Part shown: in pieces, positions 27,693 to 37,558 of the stretch | How the letters are laid out: each line of letters begins with the position of its first letter | How positions within the stretch are numbered: the first letter of the stretch is position 1 | IMG/VR virus record: IMGVR_UViG_3300024275_000004 | Coordinates: 1-51,433 of that record | Length of the DNA stretch: 51,433 bases | Direction: 5' to 3' (one strand) | DNA from: a virus | Lineage: Duplodnaviria > Caudoviricetes | The notes under the pieces: model-generated | What the model was told of the DNA's origin: nothing | Databases searched by the model: none | What the model saw: the letters and a program-made list of their open reading frames with translations, nothing else | Translations under genes and position numbers: made by a program

Positions 27693-28372
27693 TATGTTTC
27701 CCTAAGCAATGTCAGAATGCTATTGGCATTTGAGATAATCAAACCACCAGTTACCGAAGAGGCTGCGTATAGCTGAACGTAATCACCAGCATTGAGGTTG
27801 GCAAAGCCAAAGCCATTCAGTTGACCGTAATCACCACCACTATTAGACTTCACAATAACCTTACGAGGACCGAAGGTGGTACCATTCACCCTATATTGAA
27901 CACCAACCTTAGCTGTGTTAGATGGGAACGATGAGATATTAGCCCACAGATCAATTCGGTAAATGCCTGTCACCGGGACAGTAAGCTGATTAGTGGTGAA
28001 TGTAATACCACCAAATAGCACCTCACTAGCCCAAGGGGCGCCTGTGCCAGTAATCAATACGTAATCTGTATTGGTGAGTAATGTGGAATCTACAGCGGCA
28101 GTCATGGCGAAGTTATTAGTGTTATTAGTAATAGTCATGTTACCGTGAACATGATCAGTCTTAGCCACTAAGCCATTAGCGCCATCTGTGCGCATATATT
28201 TATTTGTAGAGCCTGCATCTCCTGTGGCCCCTTTCAGGTCTGTTGTATCAACTTGTTTCCATGTACCACTACCGGAACCATTAGCAACGTACACTTTATG
28301 GTTAGAGGCTGTAGAGACCCCCTTAGGTTCATGGAGTTCTGCTTCTGGAATCAAGCGGTGTTGAATAGTCAA
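27692..28372 (-). CDS. virion structural protein (beta-rich C-terminal domain)
   Basis: ELHEPKG, VYVANGSGSGTW; TTG start with GGAG. Confidence 0.7.
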   Translation of the reverse strand: MTIQHRLIPEAELHEPKGVSTASNHKVYVANGSGSGTWKQVDTTDLKGATGDAGSTNKYMRTDGANGLVAKTDHVHGNMTITNNTNNFAMTAAVDSTLLTNTDYVLITGTGAPWASEVLFGGITFTTNQLTVPVTGIYRIDLWANISSFPSNTAKVGVQYRVNGTTFGPRKVIVKSNSGGDYGQLNGFGFANLNAGDYVQLYAASSVTGGLIISNANSILTLLRET

Positions 28373-28384
28373 AGCGATTCTCCA

Positions 28385-28426
28385 AATAAAAATAGGGACT
28401 GCAGAGCTTTTGGCCCCACAGCCCCT
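28385..28426 (-). terminator. intrinsic terminator after the capsid genes
   Basis: - strand reads TAGGGGCTGTGGGGC-CAAAA-GCTCTGCAGTCCCTA-TTTTTATT. Confidence 0.8.
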
Positions 28427-28432
28427 AGAGGA

Positions 28433-28912
28433 TCAAGTACGTTGCTTGTAGATATACTTGAGAGTCAGCGTAGCCTTACCAGCGTCCTTAGTGACGGTAG
28501 TGGGGCCAGTGTACGTAACCTTCTCGGCAGCAGTAGTACCTACAGCCGCGTTAGTTGCCCAAGTACCTGCCAGCGAAGCAGACAGATCAATCGAAGTATT
28601 AGCCACGTTAGCCAGGTTAGCAGCAGTGAGCGGGATACCATTCGTACCGGGAGTAGTGCCACCATAAGTCAGAGTACCAGTGATGGTAATCGGGCTATGG
28701 ACGCTAAGAGTAGCACGAGTAAAGCGAGCACCCTTCGGCAGAACAAACGGAGGAAGATAACCAGCACCGTTAGCAACCAGCTCTTGTGCAGTAACTTCAA
28801 TGGTGAGTTCATGTTCTGCACCATATGTATGGTCAGTACCAATGCTCACACCTGTATTACGGGAACCGTATTGCGTAAAAACGTTACGGCCCGAAGAATT
28901 TTCATACGACAT
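28433..28912 (-). CDS. putative capsid decoration protein
   Basis: 159-aa Thr/Gly-rich ORF between the MCP gene and the terminator. Confidence 0.65.
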   Translation of the reverse strand: MSYENSSGRNVFTQYGSRNTGVSIGTDHTYGAEHELTIEVTAQELVANGAGYLPPFVLPKGARFTRATLSVHSPITITGTLTYGGTTPGTNGIPLTAANLANVANTSIDLSASLAGTWATNAAVGTTAAEKVTYTGPTTVTKDAGKATLTLKYIYKQRT

Positions 28913-28925
28913 ATTCTATTCCTTA

Positions 28926-29870
28926 TTAGGCGATGTTAGTAGCGTCAGTAATCAGGATACCCAGCGTATCAACGCGCTGAGTGCCAAGGCCCCAACGGCA
29001 GCTAGTAACGAATTCGTCACGACGCAGATCCTTATTACGCTCACCTTCCACCTTGGGCATACGACGCCATGCACCCATAATAGGCTTAGTGTTATCGTCC
29101 GACAGGCTCATGAAGACGTTAGCAACACCATTAGTGATGGTAGTAGTGCCGTCACCAAACGAACCCTTATCCAGACGATTCGAAGTGATGATGTTCCAGC
29201 CATACAGGTTCATCAGGAACGAGTGTTCGCGATCAAAACCATTTTCCAGGATACGGGCACCAAACGGAGTAACGTCACGGTTAATAGTAACCAGACCGTC
29301 CAGAGTAGCAGCCACAACCGGATCAGCGATAAAGACACGACCAGCAGCAGGCACGTTAGCCTTGTCGAATGCCAGCTTCATCTTAATCAGATGCGACAGA
29401 GCAAAGACACCATTCGTTTCAGCCGAAGCGATACGATGGGCAAAGCCGTTAATCGTATTGGCAGCAGCATTAGTCTGCGAGGTATTAGCCTTACGCAGGA
29501 AACGAGTTTCAAACGTTTCTTGAATGGCACGGGTCGATTCCGAGCTACGAGCCGACATCAGGGCTTCAACCTGAGCACCATCTTCACGCAGTTCATCTGT
29601 GACATACCAGGCATCACCAATGTAATCGGTAATGGTAAGAGTCACTTCACCCGATTCAATCGGAGTGTAATCAAATGCTACGTCTTCAGCGCCATCCTGA
29701 ATGGTAACTGTACCAACCGTCTTGATATGCAGCGTAGTACCCGAACCGAAGTCAGACACGTTACGATACATAACACCCGGAAGCATACCGTCATGCAGGT
29801 TACGCAGAATGAACGCAGAGTACTGTTCAGCTTCAATAAAAGCTGTGCTATTAGCACGATTCTGAGACAT
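28926..29870 (-). CDS. major capsid protein
   Basis: AFIEAEQYSAFIL, VSDFGSGTTLHIKTVG, LTITDYIGDAWYVTD; follows the scaffold gene. Confidence 0.9.
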   Translation of the reverse strand: MSQNRANSTAFIEAEQYSAFILRNLHDGMLPGVMYRNVSDFGSGTTLHIKTVGTVTIQDGAEDVAFDYTPIESGEVTLTITDYIGDAWYVTDELREDGAQVEALMSARSSESTRAIQETFETRFLRKANTSQTNAAANTINGFAHRIASAETNGVFALSHLIKMKLAFDKANVPAAGRVFIADPVVAATLDGLVTINRDVTPFGARILENGFDREHSFLMNLYGWNIITSNRLDKGSFGDGTTTITNGVANVFMSLSDDNTKPIMGAWRRMPKVEGERNKDLRRDEFVTSCRWGLGTQRVDTLGILITDATNIA

Positions 29871-29885
29871 GTGTTATTTCCTTAT

Positions 29886-30716
29886 TTAATGACCAAAATA
29901 TTTCTTATAAACTTTAGGATCGGTGAGGTCATAAACGCTCATGCCTTGTGTATGCAGTTCTTCCACCATACGATTGGAACGAATACGCTCTTCATTCAAT
30001 TCGGAAGAAGAGGCGCCTACACTAACACTTACGTCATTACGTTTCACAAAACTATCCTGAGCAGGGGAGAAACCTGCTGTATTAACGTGGGTTGACATTG
30101 GAGCAGTTGTGCCCTGTTTATTAATAGGCTGCTCATTGACACCCATCATTTTGAGAACCGCCTTGGGACTCCTAGCTGCCAGAGCTTCCAGTTCTTGAAC
30201 CGAAAGACCAGCCTCTTGCGCTGCTTGAATAAATTTCTTGCCTGCTTCTTCTTGAGTACCGAATGCCTTAGTGGCAGTAGCTACAACAGCAGCTTGGTTC
30301 TCTTTGGCAGACTTTTCTGTATCGCGCTGAGTCAAAGTACGATTAACTAATTCAGCAATATCCTCTGGGGCTACAGACGCCTTCTGGTTGGAAGAGTCAT
30401 TCACCTTGTTGAGTAGTTCCTGTACAGTACGTTCAAGTTCAGCTTGCTTATTAGCGTCAGTTTGTTTAGCTTGTACCTGGGATTCCAGATCACGCTTCTC
30501 TTGCAAAAGCTGTTGAATGAATGTTTGCGCATTAGCTGCACCCTTAAGTGCTTCCTCTACGCTATTGTATTTAGGAACACCTTGCTCATTACGAATAGTC
30601 CCAAGCAGGTCTGCATAAGGATTATTGTTCTGAACACTCGTAGCTGCTGTAGCTACATTGTTGTCCTGGGTCGCAGGAGTATTCGTTTGATTACTAAACA
30701 TTGTCTGGTCAGACAT
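29886..30716 (-). CDS. capsid scaffolding protein
   Basis: Coiled-coil ORF between portal and MCP. Confidence 0.8.
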   Translation of the reverse strand: MSDQTMFSNQTNTPATQDNNVATAATSVQNNNPYADLLGTIRNEQGVPKYNSVEEALKGAANAQTFIQQLLQEKRDLESQVQAKQTDANKQAELERTVQELLNKVNDSSNQKASVAPEDIAELVNRTLTQRDTEKSAKENQAAVVATATKAFGTQEEAGKKFIQAAQEAGLSVQELEALAARSPKAVLKMMGVNEQPINKQGTTAPMSTHVNTAGFSPAQDSFVKRNDVSVSVGASSSELNEERIRSNRMVEELHTQGMSVYDLTDPKVYKKYFGH

Positions 30717-30738
30717 GTAGTTTCCTTTATGATAGTAT

Positions 30739-30814
30739 TGGTGCTAGATGTAGGAATCAAACCTACGACCTTCACATTACAAGTGTGTTGCTCTATCTGC
30801 TGAGCTAATCTAGC
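30739..30814 (-). tRNA. tRNA-Thr(TGT)
   Basis: 76-nt cloverleaf GCTAGAT...ATCTAGC-A-CCA; anticodon loop CTTGTAA; T-loop TTTGATT. Confidence 0.9.
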
Positions 30815-30865
30815 TATGTTCTTTTGTTGAGACGGAATTACCCTTATGTATATTCTCAAGGAGCA

Positions 30866-30943
30866 CGCCTACGGCTAACTCACTCGCTCGCTTACACTCA
30901 CTCGCTCACTCGACTACGCTTACGCTACGTCTCACTCACTTGA
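30866..30943 (-). repeat. low-complexity GAGY / CGTAG repeat tract
   Basis: - strand GTGAGTGAGACGTAGCGTAAGCGTAGTCGAGTGAGCGAGTGAGTGTAAGCGAGCGAGTGAG. Confidence 0.75.
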
Positions 30944-30976
30944 GTAAGTACCCTCCAAACGGACTTTTTTGGACAC
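30944..30976 (-). promoter_or_regulatory. putative phage-sigma promoter GTGTCCA-N18-GTACTTAC for tRNA-Thr, scaffold and capsid genes
   Basis: Exact box match with an 18-bp spacer, intergenic and correctly oriented. Confidence 0.82.
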
Positions 30977-30988
30977 TAAATTGAAAAT

Positions 30989-31228
30989 TTATTTCAGTAG
31001 AGCGCAGATTTCTTCGAGCGCACGCTCGTAACCTACTGCGTCGGCCTGAAGATACGCCCAATTAGCAATGCCGTAGGCATCCTTTGAACGAGTGCTTTTG
31101 TTATTTGAATCTATCTTTTTGCGTAACACTTCTTCTAATCGTTCTCGGAACGCTAACGAAGAGAGGAAAGAAGCCTTTACTTCGGCTTCCTTTTCCTTCG
31201 TCAATCCTGCTGTAATGCTTGTCTTCAT
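30989..31228 (-). CDS. hypothetical protein (79 aa) after the portal gene
   Basis: ATGA overlap with the portal gene; NWAYLQADAVGY.RAL. Confidence 0.75.
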   Translation of the reverse strand: MKTSITAGLTKEKEAEVKASFLSSLAFRERLEEVLRKKIDSNNKSTRSKDAYGIANWAYLQADAVGYERALEEICALLK

Positions 31229-32994
31229 TGCGTAACCCCTTGGGCTGCGCCATCCATTGCAACTCCTTGCTCAACAGACAAATCCTCTTGCGCTTGATTC
31301 GCAAGACGGGAGGTTTCCTGTTGCTCAAAGATAGCAACGTTAGGCTTATACAAGTCCCAACGATTAAGACCTAGTACGTCCTCTACGAGGGCTGCTAGAG
31401 ACTTTGTACTCGTATGAGGCATAATCAGTTGACCAATCGCTCCTGCGTACACCTGGTTAAGGTTCTGCATTAGCTGCGCTTGAGCAGCGAAGTGACGAGC
31501 ACCAATAGGACGGAGAATGCCGGAGGCTGTGATATCGTCCTTAGTAATGTCTAGGAACTGCTGTACGCCTAGATCATCATCCATCACTCGTACCACATCG
31601 TTCTGGTCAAGATTGCGTCTAGATGTCTCTAACATAGCGTTAAGAAGCTTTTCCAGAAGCTCAATCTCAAAGGTAGTGATTTTCTCTTGGAAGATACGAC
31701 CAGCAGCATTATCAAGCTGCTGCACTTCAAAGGCAGTCTTCTCACCAGGAGTACGAATACCCATAGCTTCACGAGGAGCACCAGCATACTGTTCCATACG
31801 CATCTCTAAGCGATCAATAGCATTATCTGCCTGAATCACCCATTGAGCATTCCTACCAAGCTCTGTGACACTACCATTCTCATCAATGTGAATCTCTGCA
31901 CCAGGTGCCCATTCAAAGGCTTCTACTTCACCTGCGATAACCAATGGCGGTAGGACTGCAAGGTCCATTGCGTCAGCCTTAAGATTCTCCAAGTGGTCGA
32001 TGCGATACTGCATACCCACGAGGTTATCAAGAGGACCCATCGCCCACAGATTATCAGGGCGCTTGCGCCAACCCACATGGTAAATAGGAGGCCCACCAAG
32101 CCAAGAAGGAACTGGTTCATTGTGAATCACCCACATTCTGTCAACAACGGTTACTCGTACACCACGATAGACCTTGTTGGTTTCGCTATCGTGAATGTCC
32201 CCATAGAACTCTAGAAACTCTACATAGTTGCTTTGCAGGTATTGAGAGTAGTTACCAAAGCCATCCATCTGGTAGCCTTGTTGCTTATCCATCTCCTCAA
32301 TGCCATATGCGTTCATATGAGCAACCATCTTATCCCGATTGAGCAGGGCTTTCTTCAGCCAAGCATTATCAGGTTCATCCTCTGCCATCATATACAGCTC
32401 ACCGATATTACGGAGGCTACGGATGATTTTATATGTGTCCTGGAAGCTCTGGGCTGTCGGGTTGAAAACGATGTCATACGGGCTGATTCTGCGAACCCTA
32501 GGGCCAATATAGATGGGAGTTTTCTTTCCATATTGATCGTCCCGATAGGAAGCCTCAAAGTCTACTGTAGCAAAGGCATTACCGAAGTCGATATAGTCAT
32601 ACAGAAGCTGAGACATCTCAGTACGGAATCCGCTCTCCCGGCACTTATTACCCATGTAAGCTTCGATGGCTGTAACCTTCTGCTTGACAGCATCGTTCTT
32701 GCTATACCCCTCCCACTTCAACCATTCATCATTAGGGAACAGAGCACTGATATAATTGGAATGAAGGTTGTCTCTAATCTGGCATAGCTTCGGGAGCGTC
32801 GTCGAGTTTTTCCATGGAAGAGTACGGTTAGTTGTAGTAGTAGTGTCTGTAGCGAATACATAGTCTCTCAGCTCACGCCATTGATCTCGTTTAGGCTGTC
32901 GTTCAGAGTTCAGTCGAAACCACTCTTGTGCAATATATTTGGCCATAGGGTCCTGGCCATACTTCTGACATAGTTCTAAAGGCTTGCGGGCCAT
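31225..32994 (-). CDS. portal protein
   Basis: 589 aa; PWKNSTTLPKLCQIRDNL, RISPYDIVF, GIRTPGEKTAFEV. Confidence 0.9.
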   Translation of the reverse strand: MARKPLELCQKYGQDPMAKYIAQEWFRLNSERQPKRDQWRELRDYVFATDTTTTTNRTLPWKNSTTLPKLCQIRDNLHSNYISALFPNDEWLKWEGYSKNDAVKQKVTAIEAYMGNKCRESGFRTEMSQLLYDYIDFGNAFATVDFEASYRDDQYGKKTPIYIGPRVRRISPYDIVFNPTAQSFQDTYKIIRSLRNIGELYMMAEDEPDNAWLKKALLNRDKMVAHMNAYGIEEMDKQQGYQMDGFGNYSQYLQSNYVEFLEFYGDIHDSETNKVYRGVRVTVVDRMWVIHNEPVPSWLGGPPIYHVGWRKRPDNLWAMGPLDNLVGMQYRIDHLENLKADAMDLAVLPPLVIAGEVEAFEWAPGAEIHIDENGSVTELGRNAQWVIQADNAIDRLEMRMEQYAGAPREAMGIRTPGEKTAFEVQQLDNAAGRIFQEKITTFEIELLEKLLNAMLETSRRNLDQNDVVRVMDDDLGVQQFLDITKDDITASGILRPIGARHFAAQAQLMQNLNQVYAGAIGQLIMPHTSTKSLAALVEDVLGLNRWDLYKPNVAIFEQQETSRLANQAQEDLSVEQGVAMDGAAQGVTQ

Positions 32995-33009
32995 AGTTAT
33001 CCTTAATAT

Positions 33010-34611
33010 TTAACGGAAGGCTACGCCCCCGAATTTTCCGTGGAACTGCAATACATTCGTAGCTTTACCGAAGTCTCTACTATTGCTCTTAGGCTTCACT
33101 GCAATTGCTACAGCATTAGCTAAGGCATCCTTAATATCGTCATGTGCTGGGCGAGCCTGGATAAGCTCTTCTTCCAGAACATCTGTATAGCCGCCCTTGA
33201 AGTGCCAGATAGATTGGTTCTCATATCTGTGCTCTAAGGCCGCAGCAATACGTTCTTCCTTATTACCTTCGTACTTGAGAGGACGATACTCATCAATAGA
33301 TAAAGACATACCTTCACTACGCATAGTGTCCTTTAGATCGCGTACAATCACTGCCTGAGCCACTGTAACCTCAGCCCTTAGCTTCTTGAACTCCCAACGA
33401 GAATGAAGCCTCTTAAGGGCTGCAAAGTAGTCTCCAATACGTTCACCCTTGAAGCGATCAATATCTAGAATGTAGATGAAGCCATCAGGATCAATGCCAA
33501 TTACTACGATAGCTGTGAAGTCAGCTTTCTTACGTAGAGAGAAGGCGAAGTCAATTGCAGCATAGACATTAAGTTTCTTTCCCTTGTAATGCCAGTATCC
33601 GCCCTCCTGACGCAAAAACTTCTTGTCATAGTACTGGAACCTATCTGCATTAATTCTATTTGATCCTGAGTCGTTTGGATCGTTGTAGTACTGTGCGAAG
33701 AACTGAACCTTATCTACATACTGTGCCCTAATCTTAGAGAGCACTTGAGCATCAAAACCAAAGAACTTCATATCGACAGGGCGCATTACCTTGGGCCACA
33801 GGAAAGAGCCATCAGTTTCTACGGTGTGCTCCTTAATCTCCCACACCATCGCCCTATCTGTTACTTCCCCTTCCGAGTTGTAAAGGTCGTACTCTTGAGT
33901 TTTCCAAGTCGCATAAATATCAGCAGGGTGATAACGAGTGCCACAAGCAAGAGTAAAACCACCAGCATTAAGAATAGAGGTAAACTGAGAAGCCTTCTTA
34001 GCCACAGACTCACGTCCGTCCTCAGTATAAGCATTCTCTGGCACAACCAAGTCATCAGGAATGAGAATGTCTGCGTGCCAGCCAGTAGTGTTGGTAGTAA
34101 GACCTGCTGTAGAAATTGTCGCATCTCTGATGCCCTCCTGACGCCTCTTAGGATGGTCAATACTAATACGTGTATTCGTCCACTTCTCTCGTTTACCTTC
34201 TTGCGGATTAATGTATTCCGGGAAGTAACGAGTGAAGACGCTGCTCTCGAAGATATTCTTAATCGCCCCTAATTGTGTCTCTGCAAGGTCTGCCGTAGCA
34301 GAGATGTAGAGAATAGTAACTTCAGGGTGACGAGTAACAATCCATGCCGCCCATGTAGCCACCATATGGCTCTTTAAATGGGCTCGTGGGAGCATAATAA
34401 GCTTGTTGGTAATGCCTACCTTACCTTGACCGAATAAGGTGTATTCCTGCATCCATTTGAAACAATCTCTATGGATGTCTCCATACATATAGCCTGGATT
34501 GACTAGCTGGGCGAAGAAGAATAAATCTTCCTTAGCAGTCTCTCGAATCTGCTTAACCTGCTCAGGCATCTTGTCAATCTTCTTTAAGGCGTCTGCTAGC
34601 CACTGTTCCAT
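33010..34611 (-). CDS. terL: terminase large subunit
   Basis: PRAHLKS Walker A variant, DDLV Walker B, GTRY, IDFAFS, HDDIKDAL. Confidence 0.93.
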   Translation of the reverse strand: MEQWLADALKKIDKMPEQVKQIRETAKEDLFFFAQLVNPGYMYGDIHRDCFKWMQEYTLFGQGKVGITNKLIMLPRAHLKSHMVATWAAWIVTRHPEVTILYISATADLAETQLGAIKNIFESSVFTRYFPEYINPQEGKREKWTNTRISIDHPKRRQEGIRDATISTAGLTTNTTGWHADILIPDDLVVPENAYTEDGRESVAKKASQFTSILNAGGFTLACGTRYHPADIYATWKTQEYDLYNSEGEVTDRAMVWEIKEHTVETDGSFLWPKVMRPVDMKFFGFDAQVLSKIRAQYVDKVQFFAQYYNDPNDSGSNRINADRFQYYDKKFLRQEGGYWHYKGKKLNVYAAIDFAFSLRKKADFTAIVVIGIDPDGFIYILDIDRFKGERIGDYFAALKRLHSRWEFKKLRAEVTVAQAVIVRDLKDTMRSEGMSLSIDEYRPLKYEGNKEERIAAALEHRYENQSIWHFKGGYTDVLEEELIQARPAHDDIKDALANAVAIAVKPKSNSRDFGKATNVLQFHGKFGGVAFR

Positions 34612-35129
34612 TATTTAAACAACCTCACAATATCTGCCTGGTAATCTTCAGCAATACGCTCATCCTGAGCCATCCTACGCTCCTTCTCTTCCTTGGAGGG
34701 TCTACCTGCTCCTCGTGCCTCCCAGCCCCTATCTGCTAGCCATTTAGCTGCTTGGAAGCTGCCTCCTGAGGCTTGACTAATGGCAGAGCGTACACCTTGA
34801 CTACGGAGTTTATATTCCAGCTCGAATCTCCATTCATCAACATGCTTCCGTAATTGTTTGTTGTCACAGATACGGAGCCAGTGTTTCCATCCCAGAAGAC
34901 AGGTTGTGGCAAATTCGTATTCAGTGGGGTCTGCGATGAGTAGGTATAATCGTTTGAGAGATGGTAGATATCGTCCTTCGTATTCATAATCCTCTTCCTT
35001 AAGCGTATAAACTGCGGTATCCGAGTAAGCTACTTCAAGGAATAGGCTCTGTGTGAATGGCCTCCCCTGGTCGTCCTTCATCTTGCTTTTCGGAGGCAAG
35101 AGTTCTTCTAGCGTTTTCATATCGTTCAT
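34611..35129 (-). CDS. putative terminase small subunit
   Basis: Directly upstream of TerL; AAKWLADRGW..RGAGRP. Confidence 0.7.
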   Translation of the reverse strand: MNDMKTLEELLPPKSKMKDDQGRPFTQSLFLEVAYSDTAVYTLKEEDYEYEGRYLPSLKRLYLLIADPTEYEFATTCLLGWKHWLRICDNKQLRKHVDEWRFELEYKLRSQGVRSAISQASGGSFQAAKWLADRGWEARGAGRPSKEEKERRMAQDERIAEDYQADIVRLFK

Positions 35130-35523
35130 AGTAATAATCCCTTTCAGCTACTACTTCGTCTGCTCTGGCAGCTTCCCTTGCAAGAAATTCCCCATCCTCT
35201 CTGTAAAGCTGGGCACCTGTGCAGGCTTCTCTATTGGGGGTAGCTGGGGGATTGCTGGGACGACTTGGCCTTTGAGACAGCAACCTGAGAGTATCAGCAA
35301 GCTTACGGTTAATAGTGTTAATCTTTTCATCTTTCTCTTGTCCTAGCTTAAAGGCTTCATATGTGAGGATTTGCTCTTTGGCTCTCATCTGAGCTTCAGC
35401 ACTAGCCTTCATTTCCATTTTAAGAGCCTCTAGCGCCTTTGTTTTATCATCATGGTGCCAATACCATAGACCGAAGACAAAAGCGGTTAGGAAGGCGTAT
35501 TTGAGTATTTGTTGCCAAGGCAT
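35035..35523 (-). CDS. Rz-like inner-membrane spanin
   Basis: N-terminal TM segment, coiled coil, follows the endolysin. Confidence 0.7.
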   Translation of the reverse strand: MPWQQILKYAFLTAFVFGLWYWHHDDKTKALEALKMEMKASAEAQMRAKEQILTYEAFKLGQEKDEKINTINRKLADTLRLLSQRPSRPSNPPATPNREACTGAQLYREDGEFLAREAARADEVVAERDYYYERYENARRTLASEKQDEGRPGEAIHTEPIP

Positions 35524-35984
35524 AATTTCATCTCGTAGACACGTCTGTTCTGTAATCCTTGTACAAACTTACCACCAGCAAAGCTCCATACAGGCTCACC
35601 TTTAGGTCCGAATGCTAGGGCAGTGCAAGCTGCTTCATATTTTCTTTCGCTTAGGAGTTTATTAGCTCTAGAGTTACAGAAACCAGAAACGCCAACATTA
35701 TAAGTAAACAGAGTAAAAGCATCGTATTGGTTTTGTGTTAATGGGACACTCGTACATTTGAGGACACCTGCTCCATATTCGGCTAGGCGAGTCTTTAAGA
35801 GAGCTTGACATTCCTGTTTAGAATATGTTTTTCCAAGAAGTACATTCTCTGTCTCACCATAGCAATATGTGGCCACTCCTCCTACATCTCTATATACTTT
35901 AGGGCTATATCCTTCCAATAAGGCAGCCCCAGATACCAGGGCTGCGCTTACAGTGCCGATAAGCCATTTATTAGCTTGATTCAT
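35487..35984 (-). CDS. GH24 lysozyme, probable SAR endolysin
   Basis: E-X8-D-X5-T triad (EGYSPKVYRDVGGVAT) right after a weakly hydrophobic N-terminal segment; YNVG; GLQNRR. Confidence 0.9.
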   Translation of the reverse strand: MNQANKWLIGTVSAALVSGAALLEGYSPKVYRDVGGVATYCYGETENVLLGKTYSKQECQALLKTRLAEYGAGVLKCTSVPLTQNQYDAFTLFTYNVGVSGFCNSRANKLLSERKYEAACTALAFGPKGEPVWSFAGGKFVQGLQNRRVYEMKLCLGNKYSNTPS

Positions 35985-36023
35985 ATTTTTATTTACTCCG
36001 CTCAGGGCGGGCCGTGGTTGTGG

Positions 36024-37550
36024 TTAAACGACCTTTCCGCAATACACATCAGCCCACGAGAACGTGCAATTCGTACCGGCTTTTGTGTACGCTTCCAAAG
36101 TAACGACGAGGGATGGCCCAGCACTACTTGTCGTGTTCGCCAGGTCAAAACCAGCAGGCAAAGCGACAGGCGGCGTTTCGAGAATGAAATTCGACGGATA
36201 CGGCCACGAACCGGGGAACGTTCCGCCTTCGTCCTGCGCAGAAATCAGAATCAACTGCGAAGTGCCGGCAGTGTTCTTGAAATTGGCGTTAAGGCGCGGG
36301 ACAAAGGCGCCAGCAGTCAGCGCCGAGACATTGCAGTCCGCGAACATTTGCATGATGTCGCCGGGGACAATCGGTTCGCAGCATTGCAACGTCGCCGTGC
36401 CATTCGGGAACGTGACTCCGATATCAGTCAGCCACGTTGTCGGGTCTGCATTCGAGGCAAGCTGACCAGTGCCGCCCGGAATCGCGCGATAATGCGCCCC
36501 CGTCTGCGGGACATAAAAGCGGGTGGTATCCAGAACAGCCGCAGACGGCACAGCCAACCGGAAATTCACCGTATAACTCAACTGGATTCTGTCGTTGTCG
36601 GCGCCGCCTGTTGTGATATTGACCTGCCACCGCGTGTCCTGCCGGTAGTCCAGCGATGCAACTTTACTGAGTGCAGCAACCAAGGCGCTGCCAGTCCGTG
36701 CGGCAAACCAGCCGTTAGGGCCATTGCCAGTCACGCCGGTACCGACCCCGAATCCATTCGCCCCGGAAGCATTGTTTCCCATCAACCTGCCGTTACTGAC
36801 AAGATTGGTGCCTTGCTGATTCGTGCGGGACTCCACGATTTTCGGGATAAATCCGTCCAGCCTGTCTTTGGCGACCCATCCACAATTCAACCCCAGCAAG
36901 GGGCCGGGGTGAACGTTATCAATCGTGCCTCCTGCAATGGAAGTGCCGTCCGAATTTGTCGCTGCGCCCGCCCAATCAACCACATAAACCGGCGCATTCG
37001 TTTTCTCTTGCTGGCGGATAAATTCGTTGATCTTTTCCAGCGCGACGCGTGTAAGCGTTCCGCCTGTCCCGACCGTGCCGCTGTTCGGCGGAATCGTGAA
37101 CAGAATGGGTCGAATGCCGGCGCCGAGAAGCGTAGAAATAATCGTCGTTAAGTTGGCAATGGTTGTTGCATACGGGACAGATGAAACAATGTCATTCACG
37201 CCGCCGAATAGCGTGCAATAGTCCGGACTATATGCCAGCACGTCAGTCTGAATGCGAGCCAACATCTGCGCCGTGGTATCGCCCGATACCCCGGCATTAT
37301 TCACGACATGAAAACGCCGCTTCAAGAAGGCGTTCATCCACGCCACAAACGACCCGGCTGACGAATAGACGTTGGGCGTCGAGGACGCGTTGGCATATTG
37401 CCGCGTGATCGAGTCGCCAAGGATCACCAGCGTATTCTTTGCGGTGCCTTTCGGTCGGGCCGGGAGCACGGCATTTCCAAGCCTCAATCCGGAGGCCGCG
37501 CCATTTTGAGTGCGAACGGTGGCTACGCCGGGAATATCAAGAATACCCAT
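36024..37550 (-). CDS. SGNH/GDSL esterase-domain protein, probable tail-associated deacylase
   Basis: Blocks GDSIT, NAGVSGDTT, GGVND, DNVHP; GC-rich relative to flanks. Confidence 0.85.
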   Translation of the reverse strand: MGILDIPGVATVRTQNGAASGLRLGNAVLPARPKGTAKNTLVILGDSITRQYANASSTPNVYSSAGSFVAWMNAFLKRRFHVVNNAGVSGDTTAQMLARIQTDVLAYSPDYCTLFGGVNDIVSSVPYATTIANLTTIISTLLGAGIRPILFTIPPNSGTVGTGGTLTRVALEKINEFIRQQEKTNAPVYVVDWAGAATNSDGTSIAGGTIDNVHPGPLLGLNCGWVAKDRLDGFIPKIVESRTNQQGTNLVSNGRLMGNNASGANGFGVGTGVTGNGPNGWFAARTGSALVAALSKVASLDYRQDTRWQVNITTGGADNDRIQLSYTVNFRLAVPSAAVLDTTRFYVPQTGAHYRAIPGGTGQLASNADPTTWLTDIGVTFPNGTATLQCCEPIVPGDIMQMFADCNVSALTAGAFVPRLNANFKNTAGTSQLILISAQDEGGTFPGSWPYPSNFILETPPVALPAGFDLANTTSSAGPSLVVTLEAYTKAGTNCTFSWADVYCGKVV

Positions 37551-37558
37551 AAATCACC

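Noticed and set aside
28800-30095. 431-aa + strand ORF
   Set aside because: Antisense shadow of the major capsid gene, with no motifs.
35976-37151. 391-aa + strand ORF
   Set aside because: Arg-rich shadow ORF opposite the GC-rich SGNH gene.
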